Source of the DNA: Spirochaetales bacterium
GTDB taxonomy: Bacteria; Spirochaetota; Spirochaetia; SZUA-6
Assembly: GCA_027021365.1 (NCBI GenBank)
Contig: JALUUM010000040.1
Location: 23,928 to 87,927 of the forward strand
Direction: 5' to 3'
DNA: 64,000 nucleotides
Below the pieces are notes generated by a model that was given only the letters and a program-made list of their open reading frames with translations, had not been told where the DNA came from and did no database searches. Shown here piece by piece: positions 10,308-20,787 of this stretch; positions within the stretch are counted from its first letter, which is position 1; each line of letters opens with the position of its first letter. The position numbers were made by a program, and so were the translations under genes.

Positions 10308-10526
10308 TTGGCAAAAGAAGAAGCAATAGAGGTAGAAGGAACAGTAAAAGAATCACTGCCCAACACAATGTTCAGGGTCGAATTGCAAAATGGTCATCTA
10401 ATACTTGCTCACCTATCCGGGAAGATGAGGAAACACTACATAAGGATAGTTCCGGGAGATCGTGTAAAAGTTGCCCTTTCACCCTACGATTTATCCAGGG
10501 GAAGAATTATCTACAGAGAACGATAG
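10308..10526 (+). CDS. infA: Translation initiation factor IF-1
   Basis: [58 protein letters not shown]; TTG start. Confidence 0.98.
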   Translation: MAKEEAIEVEGTVKESLPNTMFRVELQNGHLILAHLSGKMRKHYIRIVPGDRVKVALSPYDLSRGRIIYRER

Positions 10527-10540
10527 GCAATCGACGAATA

Positions 10541-10987
10541 TCAACGAATAATTACCCAAAGGGCGCCTTTCCCACCATGTTCCCTGTCAGCATAGCCCAT
10601 CTCACCGGCAAGCGGGTTTTTTTCTAGAAATCTTCTTACTGTTTTGCTTAAGACCGGTTCGCCCCTTGAATGATGGCCTTTTCCGTGTATTATGAGAACT
10701 TTTCTCACTCCATCCCTCTTGCATTGAAGAAGAAAAGCGGCAAGCCTCTCTTCAGCCCTACAGGCCTTCATTCCGTGAAGGTCTATTGTCCGTTGAGGCT
10801 CCATGTTTCGTAACCTGATACGTTCCGATATCAGTTTCTTCCTATCATCCTCATAGGCAGTTTTATCTTTTTCATCAGGCGGATGCCTGTCCAGCCATTC
10901 CTCGAGATCTCTGTGTATATTTTTCTTCTGCTTCTTCTTTTCCAGCTCCCATTGCCTTAAGATTTCACCGAAATCCTTATTCTTCAC
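10541..10987 (-). CDS. Smr/MutS domain protein
   Basis: IDLHGM, IIHGKGHHS, GGKGALWV motifs. Confidence 0.92.
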   Translation of the reverse strand: MKNKDFGEILRQWELEKKKQKKNIHRDLEEWLDRHPPDEKDKTAYEDDRKKLISERIRLRNMEPQRTIDLHGMKACRAEERLAAFLLQCKRDGVRKVLIIHGKGHHSRGEPVLSKTVRRFLEKNPLAGEMGYADREHGGKGALWVIIR

Positions 10988-10994
10988 CTTTCAA

Positions 10995-13031
10995 CTACTC
11001 CTTCAGGTCCAGTTCGATGGCATCCTTCGTTACCCAGCCGACTGCTCCGTCAGCCGTTCTTACCAGGATAAACTCACCTGCTACCCCAAGATCGAGCAAT
11101 GGCATCCCCCTCTTTAATCTCAACCATGGTTTCGATTCTTCTTCCGGGATCTTTCTTACATCGGTCGAATCTTTCACCACGATTCCGGTTTTTCTCGATC
11201 GGTACCATGAATAGTAACCCAGCACGGCACCATCGCCTATCAGTGCAAGACCTGAAATGAATACGAGGGTAAGAAATATTATCCTACCTCCCGCAAGATA
11301 GAGTATAAGGAAAATGAAAATTAAGTTAAAAAGAATGATTCCTCCCGGCAAAAGAATGTTTACAGGCATGCTCAAGGACGGCGGTATATCTTCGTCAATT
11401 CCAAGTTCCTCTTCGATTCGTTTAAGAAACTCAAGGGCGATCCTGTCGCTCCCGTTTGTTTTCAGTAATTTTCTCAGCATATGCATGGCCTTTACAGGCC
11501 TGTCGAGCATGTAATAAGAATAGGAAAGATTGAAAAGTACGTCCCTGTTGCTTGGAAACAAATCTTCCAGTTTCTCGAAATATGTCAGAGCGGATTCGTA
11601 ATCTTCCTTCTCTAGTTTATTAACCCCGCTTGCAAACAAGCTATCAGGGTTCTGCCCTGGAGTTTGTAGACTGTTCAAACCGGTTGTTCCAGAAGCCACG
11701 AAAGTCAGAACTAGGAAGATGGATACACTGATAACGCCACGCCCCTTCCTTTTCCTTGCAAACATGTAAATCATGTAAACAAGGAATATAAGGGGCCCGG
11801 GTATGAGTAATAGAATAAGTTGAAAGCTAAAATAGTCATCGCGTTTTCTCGATACGGTAAAATCTGAGAGACTCCTGAACGAAAAAGGCACTACTCGGTT
11901 TACCTTTGCCTCTTTCTCACCTACGGAAAAATAGATTACTCTGCCCTTTAAAACCTTGATTCGATTGGATGAATCATCGAGGTAAGGGAAATCGGGAATA
12001 ACACATCGATACTTTCCGGGTTTCTCTGGAAAGAACTGGAAAGTCTCTTCCACATAGCCATTGTAGCCTTTCGACGAAGCAATGATGCTCCTTTTCTTTT
12101 CACCCACATTGACCTTAAGCCCTTCTATACGGGGAATAGGTAAAGAGAGAAAATTCAGGTTACCCCTGCCGGATATTCTAACCGTCACTTCGATACCCTT
12201 TCCCTGTGAGAGCTTTGTAGATGAATAACTGAACCTAATGTTAAACGAACCGATTGCAGAATACGGTAGTATTTCTTTTGGAAGGGGAAGGACCGTAACA
12301 TATGCCGGTGGCGTATATATCTTTACTCCTTTCTTGACTTCCACCCTGGCAGGGCTTATTCTGTATTTCCCCTTTTTTGAAAAGGTTACAAGGTAAGTCC
12401 TCAATGGTATCCTGTATAATCTTTTCCCCTTCACCTGATCCACTGTCAATTCTTCATTGCTCACCGCCTCTTCGAACCAGGAATTCCTGGGAGGTCTTAC
12501 AGTAATAGAGAGTGGCATTCGCAATTCATCCCAGTTTTCGAGCATCAGGGTCAATGGAACCGGCTCTCCAAGCTTGACGGTCTTTTTCCCTATTTGCCAG
12601 TAGAGCTTTGGCTTGGTATCAATCACTTCAATGTAGATGGGTTTTGTTTCTAGCCTGAGAGTATTCATTATTACCCTGAAACTACCCAGCCTGTGCTTTC
12701 CCCTTCTTCTTGCCAGTATGTTAAAAGTGATCGTAACACCGTTCTGTTCAATATTGGGTCTTATGAAGGGACCTCCTGTAACCTTGAAATACCTGCTGTC
12801 AGGCGGGGGCGTTACTACGACGGAAGAGAAAAAACTTCCCTTCACCATCAGCTCAAGTTTGAACTCATCGCCAAGAGAGGGAAATTCTGGCACAACCTTT
12901 ACAGCTAATTCTCCCGTCTCTTCCGCGAAGAGAGAATCAATGCCCGATATGGCAAGTAACAAGAGAAATAATAACAAACTTACCAGTCTGTATATTTTTT
13001 TGAAGTATCCTTCGATACCTTGGATCTCCAA
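10995..13031 (-). CDS. batD: BatD-family protein fused to TPR and SH3b domains (BatD/BatE-like)
   Basis: BatD-like repeats (AIGSF..., ISGRGNL), TM segments, TPR, C-terminal SH3-like VRKIP...GWV; position in moxR-bat operon. Confidence 0.8.
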   Translation of the reverse strand: MEIQGIEGYFKKIYRLVSLLLFLLLLAISGIDSLFAEETGELAVKVVPEFPSLGDEFKLELMVKGSFFSSVVVTPPPDSRYFKVTGGPFIRPNIEQNGVTITFNILARRRGKHRLGSFRVIMNTLRLETKPIYIEVIDTKPKLYWQIGKKTVKLGEPVPLTLMLENWDELRMPLSITVRPPRNSWFEEAVSNEELTVDQVKGKRLYRIPLRTYLVTFSKKGKYRISPARVEVKKGVKIYTPPAYVTVLPLPKEILPYSAIGSFNIRFSYSSTKLSQGKGIEVTVRISGRGNLNFLSLPIPRIEGLKVNVGEKKRSIIASSKGYNGYVEETFQFFPEKPGKYRCVIPDFPYLDDSSNRIKVLKGRVIYFSVGEKEAKVNRVVPFSFRSLSDFTVSRKRDDYFSFQLILLLIPGPLIFLVYMIYMFARKRKGRGVISVSIFLVLTFVASGTTGLNSLQTPGQNPDSLFASGVNKLEKEDYESALTYFEKLEDLFPSNRDVLFNLSYSYYMLDRPVKAMHMLRKLLKTNGSDRIALEFLKRIEEELGIDEDIPPSLSMPVNILLPGGIILFNLIFIFLILYLAGGRIIFLTLVFISGLALIGDGAVLGYYSWYRSRKTGIVVKDSTDVRKIPEEESKPWLRLKRGMPLLDLGVAGEFILVRTADGAVGWVTKDAIELDLKE

Positions 13032-13591
13032 TATTTTTCCTCCATGACACTGACATGTTCCAATAACTTTAATGCGGTATTTTGCATATTACCCCTCTTG
13101 GCCTTTCCCGTGTCCCTCAACCTTTCTTCCTCCGCCTTGAAAAGTTTTTTGAGGGTCAATTCAAGATTTATCTTGGTATCTATATCAGACGGTTTTTCGG
13201 AAAGCGCTTTCCGGAAAAACCGGGCAGCTTTGCCGTAGTCCCCCGCCTGATAGTATATACATGCAAGATTGAAGGATGCCCTGAAACGCACCTCTTTCTC
13301 CTTGGATTGAACTATCTCGAGATACTTGCTAACAGCAGAATCAAACTCACCAAGCATGAAGTATACGTTTCCGATATCATATTTCAGAATTGCATCGCCT
13401 TCATCTGTCGATCTCTTTTTCTCTGTTAGCAGGTTAAAATAATCCAGAAGTGATTTGTCATATTCACCATGCCTGTAGTAGTAGTTTCCCCTTAGAATTA
13501 TCAATCGACCGGAATCGGTCCTGCAACCTGTAATAACAAAGGGGATAATTATCAATAGTGAAATGGGAATTAGCACTCTCATCAATTTCAT
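12980..13591 (-). CDS. TPR protein (BatC-like)
   Basis: TPR repeats (YDIGNVYF, FNLACIYY, KINLEL); bat operon context. Confidence 0.8.
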   Translation of the reverse strand: MKLMRVLIPISLLIIIPFVITGCRTDSGRLIILRGNYYYRHGEYDKSLLDYFNLLTEKKRSTDEGDAILKYDIGNVYFMLGEFDSAVSKYLEIVQSKEKEVRFRASFNLACIYYQAGDYGKAARFFRKALSEKPSDIDTKINLELTLKKLFKAEEERLRDTGKAKRGNMQNTALKLLEHVSVMEEKYWRSKVSKDTSKKYTDW

Positions 13592-14595
13592 AGCGATCCC
13601 CTCAACCTGACTCGCCAGACAAGGATTGATAACAGAAGGAAGAACAATCCTGCAGATAGAACGAGTGACACACGGCTCACCTTCTCTTTCTTGAAACCAT
13701 ATCCAATGGTTCCTCTTGAGGAATCGGCGAAAATATTTCCATGTATATCATCTGTTTTCTCTGGACCTTCCAATGCAAAGTATTTCCCGTCACTTAAGAG
13801 AGATATTTTTCTCAGAACAGATTCATCTGCACGCGTTATAACAGTTTCGCCATTCTCATCTTTCAGAAATCTGTTCTTTCCAAGTGGTATCTTACCTCCT
13901 TTTTTTGTTCCAACCAGGATACTCGTTACAGGAATACCCAGCTTACCTAGCATCTTCGCCACCCTTTCCGGATTGCCACTTCTGTTTTCCCCGTCAGAGA
14001 GTAGTATGATGATTCCCATTTTGTTTTCATCCCTGGAAAACATTTCAAGGGAAGCAACCAGTCCACTCTCGATATCACTACCCGGTTTCAATGGTAAAAC
14101 GCTTCCCATATTTTCCCTCAAGTTGTCCAGGTAATTGGATATAGCAAACCTGTCGTCGGTAAGAGGAATAGCTCTCCTCGCCGTACCGCTAAAAATCACT
14201 ACACCGAACAGCCCATCTTCCACTCTATCCATCAACGATTCCACAAAGGAAACAGATGCCTCCAACCTCGATGGAAGAATGTCCTGGGCAAGCATACTGG
14301 GTGATACATCAATAGTAAAAACTACCTTGTATCCTTCCCTCTTTTCCTGCTTCAATTCTTCTCCCCAGCGGATCCCCGCTATGCCGAAAATACCGAGTGT
14401 CAAGAAAAAGATAAAAAAAAGGGAAGAAAAAAAGCTCTTTATGAAATAAACATTCTTAATCTGTCGATACCGGTATTCACCGGCAAGGCGCTTAAGATCC
14501 CTTGTTCCTTTCGTGTAGATGAAATAAAAGAGAAAAGAGAGTGGGACTTCTATAAGCAGAAGCAAGAGGTAATAGCTGTTATCGAAACTGATCAT
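13588..14595 (-). CDS. batB: VWA domain protein (BatB-like)
   Basis: MIDAS DVSPSM, PLT.D, LLSDGE; flanking TM helices. Confidence 0.85.
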   Translation of the reverse strand: MISFDNSYYLLLLLIEVPLSFLFYFIYTKGTRDLKRLAGEYRYRQIKNVYFIKSFFSSLFFIFFLTLGIFGIAGIRWGEELKQEKREGYKVVFTIDVSPSMLAQDILPSRLEASVSFVESLMDRVEDGLFGVVIFSGTARRAIPLTDDRFAISNYLDNLRENMGSVLPLKPGSDIESGLVASLEMFSRDENKMGIIILLSDGENRSGNPERVAKMLGKLGIPVTSILVGTKKGGKIPLGKNRFLKDENGETVITRADESVLRKISLLSDGKYFALEGPEKTDDIHGNIFADSSRGTIGYGFKKEKVSRVSLVLSAGLFFLLLSILVWRVRLRGSL

Positions 14596-15602
14596 CCGAG
14601 TATTTCCTTGAGCAAGATTTTTCTCATTGCAAAATCTAACAGTATCAACAACATTCCTAGAAGTATGAAGGTTTTTGACTTATTTTCTTTTACAGTTTTG
14701 AAACTTGTCAACCTTACAACCTTTTCCTCGGAATCTATTCTTTCAAATATTTCGCGAAGTGATTCTTCATCAGGCGCATAGAAATATCGGCCACCACTTC
14801 GCTTTGCAATCCTTTTCAAGAGAGCTACTCCTAGCCTACCCCTATACATACCTTGATAGAGTTTTCCGGTCTTCGGATCACGGAATTCTATGTATGTATC
14901 TTCATTCTTACCGATCCCGATTGTATATATCTTAATACCAAGCTGCATGGCGATATCTGCAGCAGTTTCGGGCAGAATTTCGCCCGAATTGTTATCACCA
15001 TCTGTAAGCAGAATTATTACCCGCGGAGCAGACTTGCTCTGCTTCAAATGATTGATGGCAACTGCTATCCCGTTCCCTATGGAGGTCCCATTGCCCAGTT
15101 CCATTATCTGTAAAGAATCCAGTTTTGAGTATAGTGCATCATATTCAGCAGTTGGTGGTACAATCAGGGCAGCTTCTCTGCTGAAAGCTACCAGTCCGAT
15201 CCTGTCGTTTTCCCTTCCACTGATAAAATTCTTTATAATCTCCTTTGCAGCTTCAAACCTGTTCTCCGGCTGAAAATCCTTTGCCGACATGCTGGGTGAC
15301 TCATCAAGAACGATGATTATTTCAGCACCACTGCTTAGATAGACCTTTTTCCTGGAGATAGCAGATGGGGCTGCCGCAGCAATCACCAGAAACACAACCC
15401 CACTCCAAAAGAAAAACTGGCCCAGAAGTATCAACCTTCTCATCGTCCTATCCCACTTTTCGTACCCCCTATCCTTCCATACCGCATAACTGAATGGGAT
15501 TACTCCTCCCTTCGTTCGCTGCTTTTCCAGGTACCATATAATGAAGGGCAGCAAAAAAAGAAAGCTCAGAATTACCGGCTTATCAAAACTCAAGTCAAAC
15601 AT
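14592..15602 (-). CDS. batA: VWA domain protein (BatA-like)
   Basis: DESPSM, DRIGLVAF, GTSIG, LLTDGDNNSG, IYTIGIG, GGRYF; ATG 15602 chosen. Confidence 0.88.
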   Translation of the reverse strand: MFDLSFDKPVILSFLFLLPFIIWYLEKQRTKGGVIPFSYAVWKDRGYEKWDRTMRRLILLGQFFFWSGVVFLVIAAAAPSAISRKKVYLSSGAEIIIVLDESPSMSAKDFQPENRFEAAKEIIKNFISGRENDRIGLVAFSREAALIVPPTAEYDALYSKLDSLQIMELGNGTSIGNGIAVAINHLKQSKSAPRVIILLTDGDNNSGEILPETAADIAMQLGIKIYTIGIGKNEDTYIEFRDPKTGKLYQGMYRGRLGVALLKRIAKRSGGRYFYAPDEESLREIFERIDSEEKVVRLTSFKTVKENKSKTFILLGMLLILLDFAMRKILLKEILG

Positions 15603-16497
15603 CGATACCCTCGATATCTTCAACCAATTCCTTCATTACCAAAATATGAGTTTTCATATCATCCAGTACAGGTTTGTAACCCTGGAATTTCACCTTATCG
15701 GAAAACTTGAAAAAATCCATCAGCTTCTTAACAACAGCATCATCCAACCCTGATTCCTCGATTTTCTCTGTCAATTCCTTGGTTGTCAAAGACTCAATAT
15801 TCTTTCCTATCCTGGAGGAAAGATACCTCTTTAACAGCCGAGTCAGTTTCATATAGAAGATCCTCTTCTCGAATTTTGAGATATCTTTTTCCAGTGACAG
15901 AAGACCTCGCCTGTACTCGAGCAGAGGAATACGCTTTAGGATATTTTCCCTTATCCTTAGAACGAGAGATTTGATCTTGACAAAACCAAACACCAGTATG
16001 AAGGGAAGAGAAAAAACAAGGAATGTGAAAATCACAATGACCCTGTAAGTTCCCGGGAAAGTCAACTGATCTTTTATTCCTCTGGGGTATTTGACTTTCC
16101 GTATCTCCAGCACTGAACTTGTATAGATTTGCAGATTGCTTAATGTAATATCACCCAGTCTGATTACCGGGAGCACTTGCGTTCCCGGTTGATAAGAAAT
16201 AAAAAAAATTCTCACAGTTACATCGTTATTGGAAGCTTTCTCAATCTTCACTTTCACTATTTTAAGCCAATCCGTTTCCGGTATCGACCGGGGTACCTCC
16301 ACCCTAACTCTCTCTTGCAGTTTTAACTCGATTCTAAGTTCAACGGTATCACCCACAAAAAACTTCTGAGGAAGGAAAATTTCCCTCTTTATCGAGAAAT
16401 TTTCTTCACCGAAGGAAATTGAATAAACAAGCATGGTATAGAACAGGCTACAGAACAAAAGGAGCGTAGACCTCCTGTAGGTTACCATTCCGCTCAA
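15595..16497 (-). CDS. Bat-operon-associated membrane-anchored protein
   Basis: Signal peptide, Ig-like part, TM, C-terminal SLTTKEL...SDKVKF; sits between DUF58 and batA. Confidence 0.75.
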   Translation of the reverse strand: MSGMVTYRRSTLLLFCSLFYTMLVYSISFGEENFSIKREIFLPQKFFVGDTVELRIELKLQERVRVEVPRSIPETDWLKIVKVKIEKASNNDVTVRIFFISYQPGTQVLPVIRLGDITLSNLQIYTSSVLEIRKVKYPRGIKDQLTFPGTYRVIVIFTFLVFSLPFILVFGFVKIKSLVLRIRENILKRIPLLEYRRGLLSLEKDISKFEKRIFYMKLTRLLKRYLSSRIGKNIESLTTKELTEKIEESGLDDAVVKKLMDFFKFSDKVKFQGYKPVLDDMKTHILVMKELVEDIEGIDV

Positions 16498-17366
16498 TAC
16501 CTCTTTCTTCTCTGAAAAAATTTGTACAGTTCGAAACCAATATCCTGCATGGTATCTATTTCAAGACGACTGACACCATATTTCGAGCAATTCTTTCTCC
16601 ACTTTCTCTGGTGAGCCAACCAGTAATCTCTGTATGCCTTCCTGAAATTCTTCGATCTGCCGGATGCATAGAGTATCGAATCATTTTCCGGTTCCACCAG
16701 CCCCACCAACCCCGTGTCAGGAAAGGATAAATCATTATCATCGGTTACCCTTATGGCAATGACATCATGCTTTCTGGCAAGAAGAGACATTTCATGCCAG
16801 TAATCATCCGTCTTGAAATCGGAGATTATCACACATATGCTCCTCTTCTTGAGAAATCTGTTTGTTGTTTCCAGAGCAAGGGCCAGATTAGAACCCTTTC
16901 CAATCGTTTCGGTTGAAAGGAAATTGGATATGAGCCCCAGGGCATGTTTCTTTCCCTTGGCAAGGCCAACCCATTTCTCTACTCTGTCGGTGAAAAAAAG
17001 AGCCCCTACCCTGTCACTATTCAGTGCAGCAGAGAGTGCCAGTATCGCAAGTATCAGAGCTTCGGTTTCCAGTTTTCCCCTCTTTCCGGAACCATTTTGA
17101 ACAGAGGCCGAGAGATCGAGAATATTGAACAGGTTTAGCTCTCTCTCTTCCCTGAAAGTCTTTACATAGGGCGAACCCGTCCGTGCCGTTACATTCCAAT
17201 CGATCATCCTGGTATCATCACCGTACATATAGCTTCTGAATTCATCGAACTCTATCCCCGGCCCCCTGAAAACAGACCTGTAATTTCCAGAAAAAACATT
17301 GTAAACGAGCTTATTGGCAATGAGTTCTATTCTTTTTATTGAATCGAGACCGTATGAGTTCCTCAT
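16494..17366 (-). CDS. DUF58 family protein
   Basis: GNYRSVFRGPGIEFDEFRSY..GDDTRMIDWNVTAR...ISDF. Confidence 0.93.
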   Translation of the reverse strand: MRNSYGLDSIKRIELIANKLVYNVFSGNYRSVFRGPGIEFDEFRSYMYGDDTRMIDWNVTARTGSPYVKTFREERELNLFNILDLSASVQNGSGKRGKLETEALILAILALSAALNSDRVGALFFTDRVEKWVGLAKGKKHALGLISNFLSTETIGKGSNLALALETTNRFLKKRSICVIISDFKTDDYWHEMSLLARKHDVIAIRVTDDNDLSFPDTGLVGLVEPENDSILYASGRSKNFRKAYRDYWLAHQRKWRKNCSKYGVSRLEIDTMQDIGFELYKFFQRRKRY

Positions 17367-17367
17367 A

Positions 17368-18348
17368 TCATGGAACCTGAACGTAGCTTAGTATTGCCCT
17401 TACTATCTCTTCAGTAGTAATTCCCTCCGACTCCGCCTCGTAGTTGAGGATCAAGCGATGCCTCATAACGTCGATTGCAACATCTTTAACATCCTCAGGT
17501 ATTACAAAATCTCTTCCCTCAAAGAGAGCCTTTATCTTAGAACACCTGTAAAGATATATCGACGCCCTTGGAGAGGCTCCGTATGAGATATACTTCGAAA
17601 ACTCTTTCTTTCTGCTTGGCCTTTCTCTGGATACCGAAACAATGGAGACAATGTATTCCATGACAGAGGGATCCATCCTGATTTGTTTCACCGTATTCTT
17701 GAAATCAGTAACATCCCTGGAACCAGCTACTTTCTGCACATTGATATTTTTCTCATCACCTACCAGTCTCAGTATATCCATCTCTTCATCGAAATCCGGA
17801 TAACCGACCTTGAGCTTTAGTATAAAGCGGTCCAACTGAGCCTCGGGCAGCGGGTAAGTTCCCTCATGTTCTATCGGATTCTGGGTGGCAAGTACGAAAA
17901 ATGGATTGTCAAGTTTGAAGGTTTCATTTCCTATTGTTACCTGTTTTTCCTCCATCGCCTCAAGCAGGGCAGATTGAACCTTGGCCGGTGCCCTGTTTAT
18001 CTCGTCTGCAAGCACTATATTTGAAAATACGGGTCCCTTACGCGGTATGAATTCCCCCGTAGGCTGTCTGTAAATCATGGTACCTATGAGATCCGCCGGG
18101 AGGAGGTCAGGTGTAAACTGAATTCTTCTGAAGTTCAAGTCCAGTACCTCTGCCAGTGTTTTCACGGCCAGTGTCTTTGCCAGACCCGGCACTCCTTCTA
18201 TGAGTGCATGGCCGCCTGCAATAAGCGACATGAGCATTCCTTCCACCATCTTTTCCTGCCCAACGACCCTTTTTCCAATCTCTGCCTTGCATTTGTTAAG
18301 AATCGAACTTACCTCTTTGATTTTTGCATCGAGTTTCTCTCTAGTCAT
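17368..18348 (-). CDS. moxR: MoxR-family AAA+ ATPase
   Basis: GVPGLAKT, RIQFTPDLLPAD, ADEINRAPAKVQSALLEAM, ATQNPIE.EGTYPLPEAQLDRF. Confidence 0.96.
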   Translation of the reverse strand: MTREKLDAKIKEVSSILNKCKAEIGKRVVGQEKMVEGMLMSLIAGGHALIEGVPGLAKTLAVKTLAEVLDLNFRRIQFTPDLLPADLIGTMIYRQPTGEFIPRKGPVFSNIVLADEINRAPAKVQSALLEAMEEKQVTIGNETFKLDNPFFVLATQNPIEHEGTYPLPEAQLDRFILKLKVGYPDFDEEMDILRLVGDEKNINVQKVAGSRDVTDFKNTVKQIRMDPSVMEYIVSIVSVSRERPSRKKEFSKYISYGASPRASIYLYRCSKIKALFEGRDFVIPEDVKDVAIDVMRHRLILNYEAESEGITTEEIVRAILSYVQVP

Positions 18349-18395
18349 TATTCTACCTTCAAATTTTCCTTGATTATTCGAGTATCATAGTGTTC

Positions 18396-19727
18396 TTACG
18401 ACCTGTAATCTGCATTTTCTCTTACATACTGGTAGGAGAGATCAGAGCCGATTACAGTTGATTCTTCCCTCCCACTGCCCAGGTCTATTTCTATCTCCAC
18501 TTTCCTATCATGCGCAGGAAATCTCTTTCCTTCCGAGTCCAACGCACAATCTTTAAAATAATCGGAAAGGAACTTTTCCGTTTCTTCATCGATCTTGAAA
18601 ACACCATTTTCAAAAACCATTTTCTTCCCTACGCGAATAGCTATTCTCTCCATGAACAATAAGCCGGAGGCTATCCTTATGAAACCGGGTGAAACAGCGA
18701 GTTCCGTATTACCAGCAAGCGAATTTCCAACAAAGTCACCGATAGAGGAAACTATCCTTCCTACATTAGGGTCATTTCCAAAGATCGCAGTCTTTACCAA
18801 CGGAGAGTTGACAACTGCCTTTCCCACGCCACGTGCTATAGCTTCGGAGGGAGCATTTATAACTGTCACCTGAATGACATGACCCACCCCTTCACCGTTT
18901 CTTACTACATCTTCCGAAAGTTTCCGGCAAAGCTCCTTCAGTTCATCCTCGTATTCAACAACTGAATCACACTCCACTTTGCCTGAGGAGAGAAAAATCA
19001 CCATATCACTTGTGCTCTGGTCTCCGTCTATCGATATCCTGTTAAAGCTCTCCTCTACAACCCGATGGAGCATTTCCCTCATTCCTTCCCTGTCAAGTTT
19101 GACATCGGTAAGGATAAAAGAAAGCATTGTTGCCATATTGGGTTCTATCATCCCTGCACCCTTGGCGATTCCCACTGTTCGTCCTTCACCGTGGAGAAAT
19201 GAACGCACCTTGGGATACGAGTCGGTTGTCATTATCGCCCTTGCAACCGGGAAAATCGATTCATCCTGTAATCCCTCGATAAGGGAGGGTAGCGAAGAAA
19301 TCATATCTTTGACCGGTAGTTTCCAGCCGATAATTCCCGTTGAACTGGGAAAAAAATCATACTTCTCGCATTCTAAAAGTCTGCCAAGCTCGGCAAGTAT
19401 CAATCTGGCATCTTCCACTCCCCCCTCGGCACAGACATTGGCAATCCTGTTGTTTACAAGAATGCCTCTCACCCTATCCCTGCTCAACAGTTCTTTGCCT
19501 ATTCTTACAGGAGCACCGGGGAATGCATTTCTCGTAAACACAGCGGCAAAGAGAGGACTCTTCTCTTTGAGAAGGATAAGTGAAAGATTCATTTTCATCG
19601 CATCGGGAACCTTTTTCTCGACCGGGAAAAATGTAAGTGATGTGGTAGAGGCAAGAAAACCCCTGGGAAGCAGTGCCCTTCTCTTGCAGCTTTCGATGTA
19701 TTCACCTTCCGAGTTGTACGATTCCAT
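18396..19727 (-). CDS. argJ: Glutamate N-acetyltransferase/ornithine acetyltransferase
   Basis: STGIIG, IMTTD, KGAGMIEPNMATML autoproteolysis site, GDQSTSD, SPLVKTAIFGNDPN.GR, YVRENADYRS. Confidence 0.95.
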   Translation of the reverse strand: MESYNSEGEYIESCKRRALLPRGFLASTTSLTFFPVEKKVPDAMKMNLSLILLKEKSPLFAAVFTRNAFPGAPVRIGKELLSRDRVRGILVNNRIANVCAEGGVEDARLILAELGRLLECEKYDFFPSSTGIIGWKLPVKDMISSLPSLIEGLQDESIFPVARAIMTTDSYPKVRSFLHGEGRTVGIAKGAGMIEPNMATMLSFILTDVKLDREGMREMLHRVVEESFNRISIDGDQSTSDMVIFLSSGKVECDSVVEYEDELKELCRKLSEDVVRNGEGVGHVIQVTVINAPSEAIARGVGKAVVNSPLVKTAIFGNDPNVGRIVSSIGDFVGNSLAGNTELAVSPGFIRIASGLLFMERIAIRVGKKMVFENGVFKIDEETEKFLSDYFKDCALDSEGKRFPAHDRKVEIEIDLGSGREESTVIGSDLSYQYVRENADYRS

Positions 19728-19771
19728 GAGCTATTTATATTACATTAGCCCTCTCAATTTCAAGCTGTCAT

Positions 19772-19800
19772 TTGACCTATCTCCTATTTTGGATTACAAT
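19772..19800 (+). promoter_or_regulatory. sigma70 promoter giving a probably leaderless transcript
   Basis: TTGACC 19772-19777, 17 bp, TACAAT 19795-19800; ATG 6 nt downstream, no SD. Confidence 0.65.
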
Positions 19801-19806
19801 CTTTTC

Positions 19807-20742
19807 ATGGAGCTTACAGCGAATCAAATAGAGAGGCTGATAGAAATCATACAGCAGTATGAAGTCATCTACGGAGGTGGAATAAGCTCCAAGGACGCAA
19901 GGGTCAGGGAAGAGTGTGATTCGCTTATCAGGATACTTGAAAAATTAAAGAAATCCGCACAGGGAAAGAAAACTTCCGGGGCAAGAACAGAGACAGCTGC
20001 GGTAGCTAAGGCAGCAAAAGAAAAAAAGGACAGTGCATCGGCCAAAACAAAAAAGGCCAGAAAAGCCAGAAGCGTGACCTCCCCGCCCAATACATCCGCA
20101 GCTACTGCATCTGCCCCTGAGGAATCAAAAGAAGAGGAGATTCCGGAACTCACACGCATAAAACCCACTATAGAAAGGCACCGAAAGAAAAAGATACAGG
20201 CAATACAACTCTTTACCGCTTACGAAAGGGGAAGACTTCCCAAATACGGCGGTTACATAGTTTCATCCAACTTTCAACCGGAATCCAAATACTCAATATT
20301 CGAAATAGCCGGTTACGACAACGTTCAGGAGATAAGGCTGGAGGGCAATACACTCGTTTTCAAATCGGCAGGATGCAAACTCTACACCCTGATAGAGCCG
20401 GCCAACTACCATTTAAAGAATGTGGAACCGGTACAGAGGGAAAGCGGAAAGAGCATACCATACAGGTTCTCCGAGCTTTTCACTCTTACTACGAAGAAAC
20501 ACGAAACGATATACATAGGCAAGAAACCTATAGTTACCTACTCTTCATTCACAATAGTGAAGCCGGAGAAAAACGACTTTGCCATACTATTCTACAACGT
20601 ACCGGATGTATTTGAGAACATACAGGATTTCCTTGCCTCTGTATTCTACCAGGGTGCAGGCATACCCAAGCGCGATGCATCGAAAGCGGCCAAAATAACG
20701 GTACAGGGAATAAAGAATTTCAATACATGGCTCGATCTCTGA
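19807..20742 (+). CDS. Hypothetical protein: N-terminal helical hairpin, Lys/Ala/Ser-rich linker, C-terminal globular domain resembling conserved spirochaete hypotheticals
   Basis: True start ATG 19807 (upstream part of ORF 18979..20742 is antisense to argJ). Confidence 0.8.
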   Translation: MELTANQIERLIEIIQQYEVIYGGGISSKDARVREECDSLIRILEKLKKSAQGKKTSGARTETAAVAKAAKEKKDSASAKTKKARKARSVTSPPNTSAATASAPEESKEEEIPELTRIKPTIERHRKKKIQAIQLFTAYERGRLPKYGGYIVSSNFQPESKYSIFEIAGYDNVQEIRLEGNTLVFKSAGCKLYTLIEPANYHLKNVEPVQRESGKSIPYRFSELFTLTTKKHETIYIGKKPIVTYSSFTIVKPEKNDFAILFYNVPDVFENIQDFLASVFYQGAGIPKRDASKAAKITVQGIKNFNTWLDL

Positions 20743-20787
20743 GAGCCGATTTCCATAACAAAACATCAACAATTTTAGGAGGAGCTT

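Noticed and set aside
10995-18348. moxR-DUF58-bat operon as a novel system
   Set aside because: Already described in Bacteroides and Leptospira; only the BatD-TPR-SH3 fusion is a variation.
18979-19806. 587-aa ORF 18979..20742 as one long protein
   Set aside because: The first ~275 codons are the antisense shadow of argJ; a promoter sits directly before ATG 19807.
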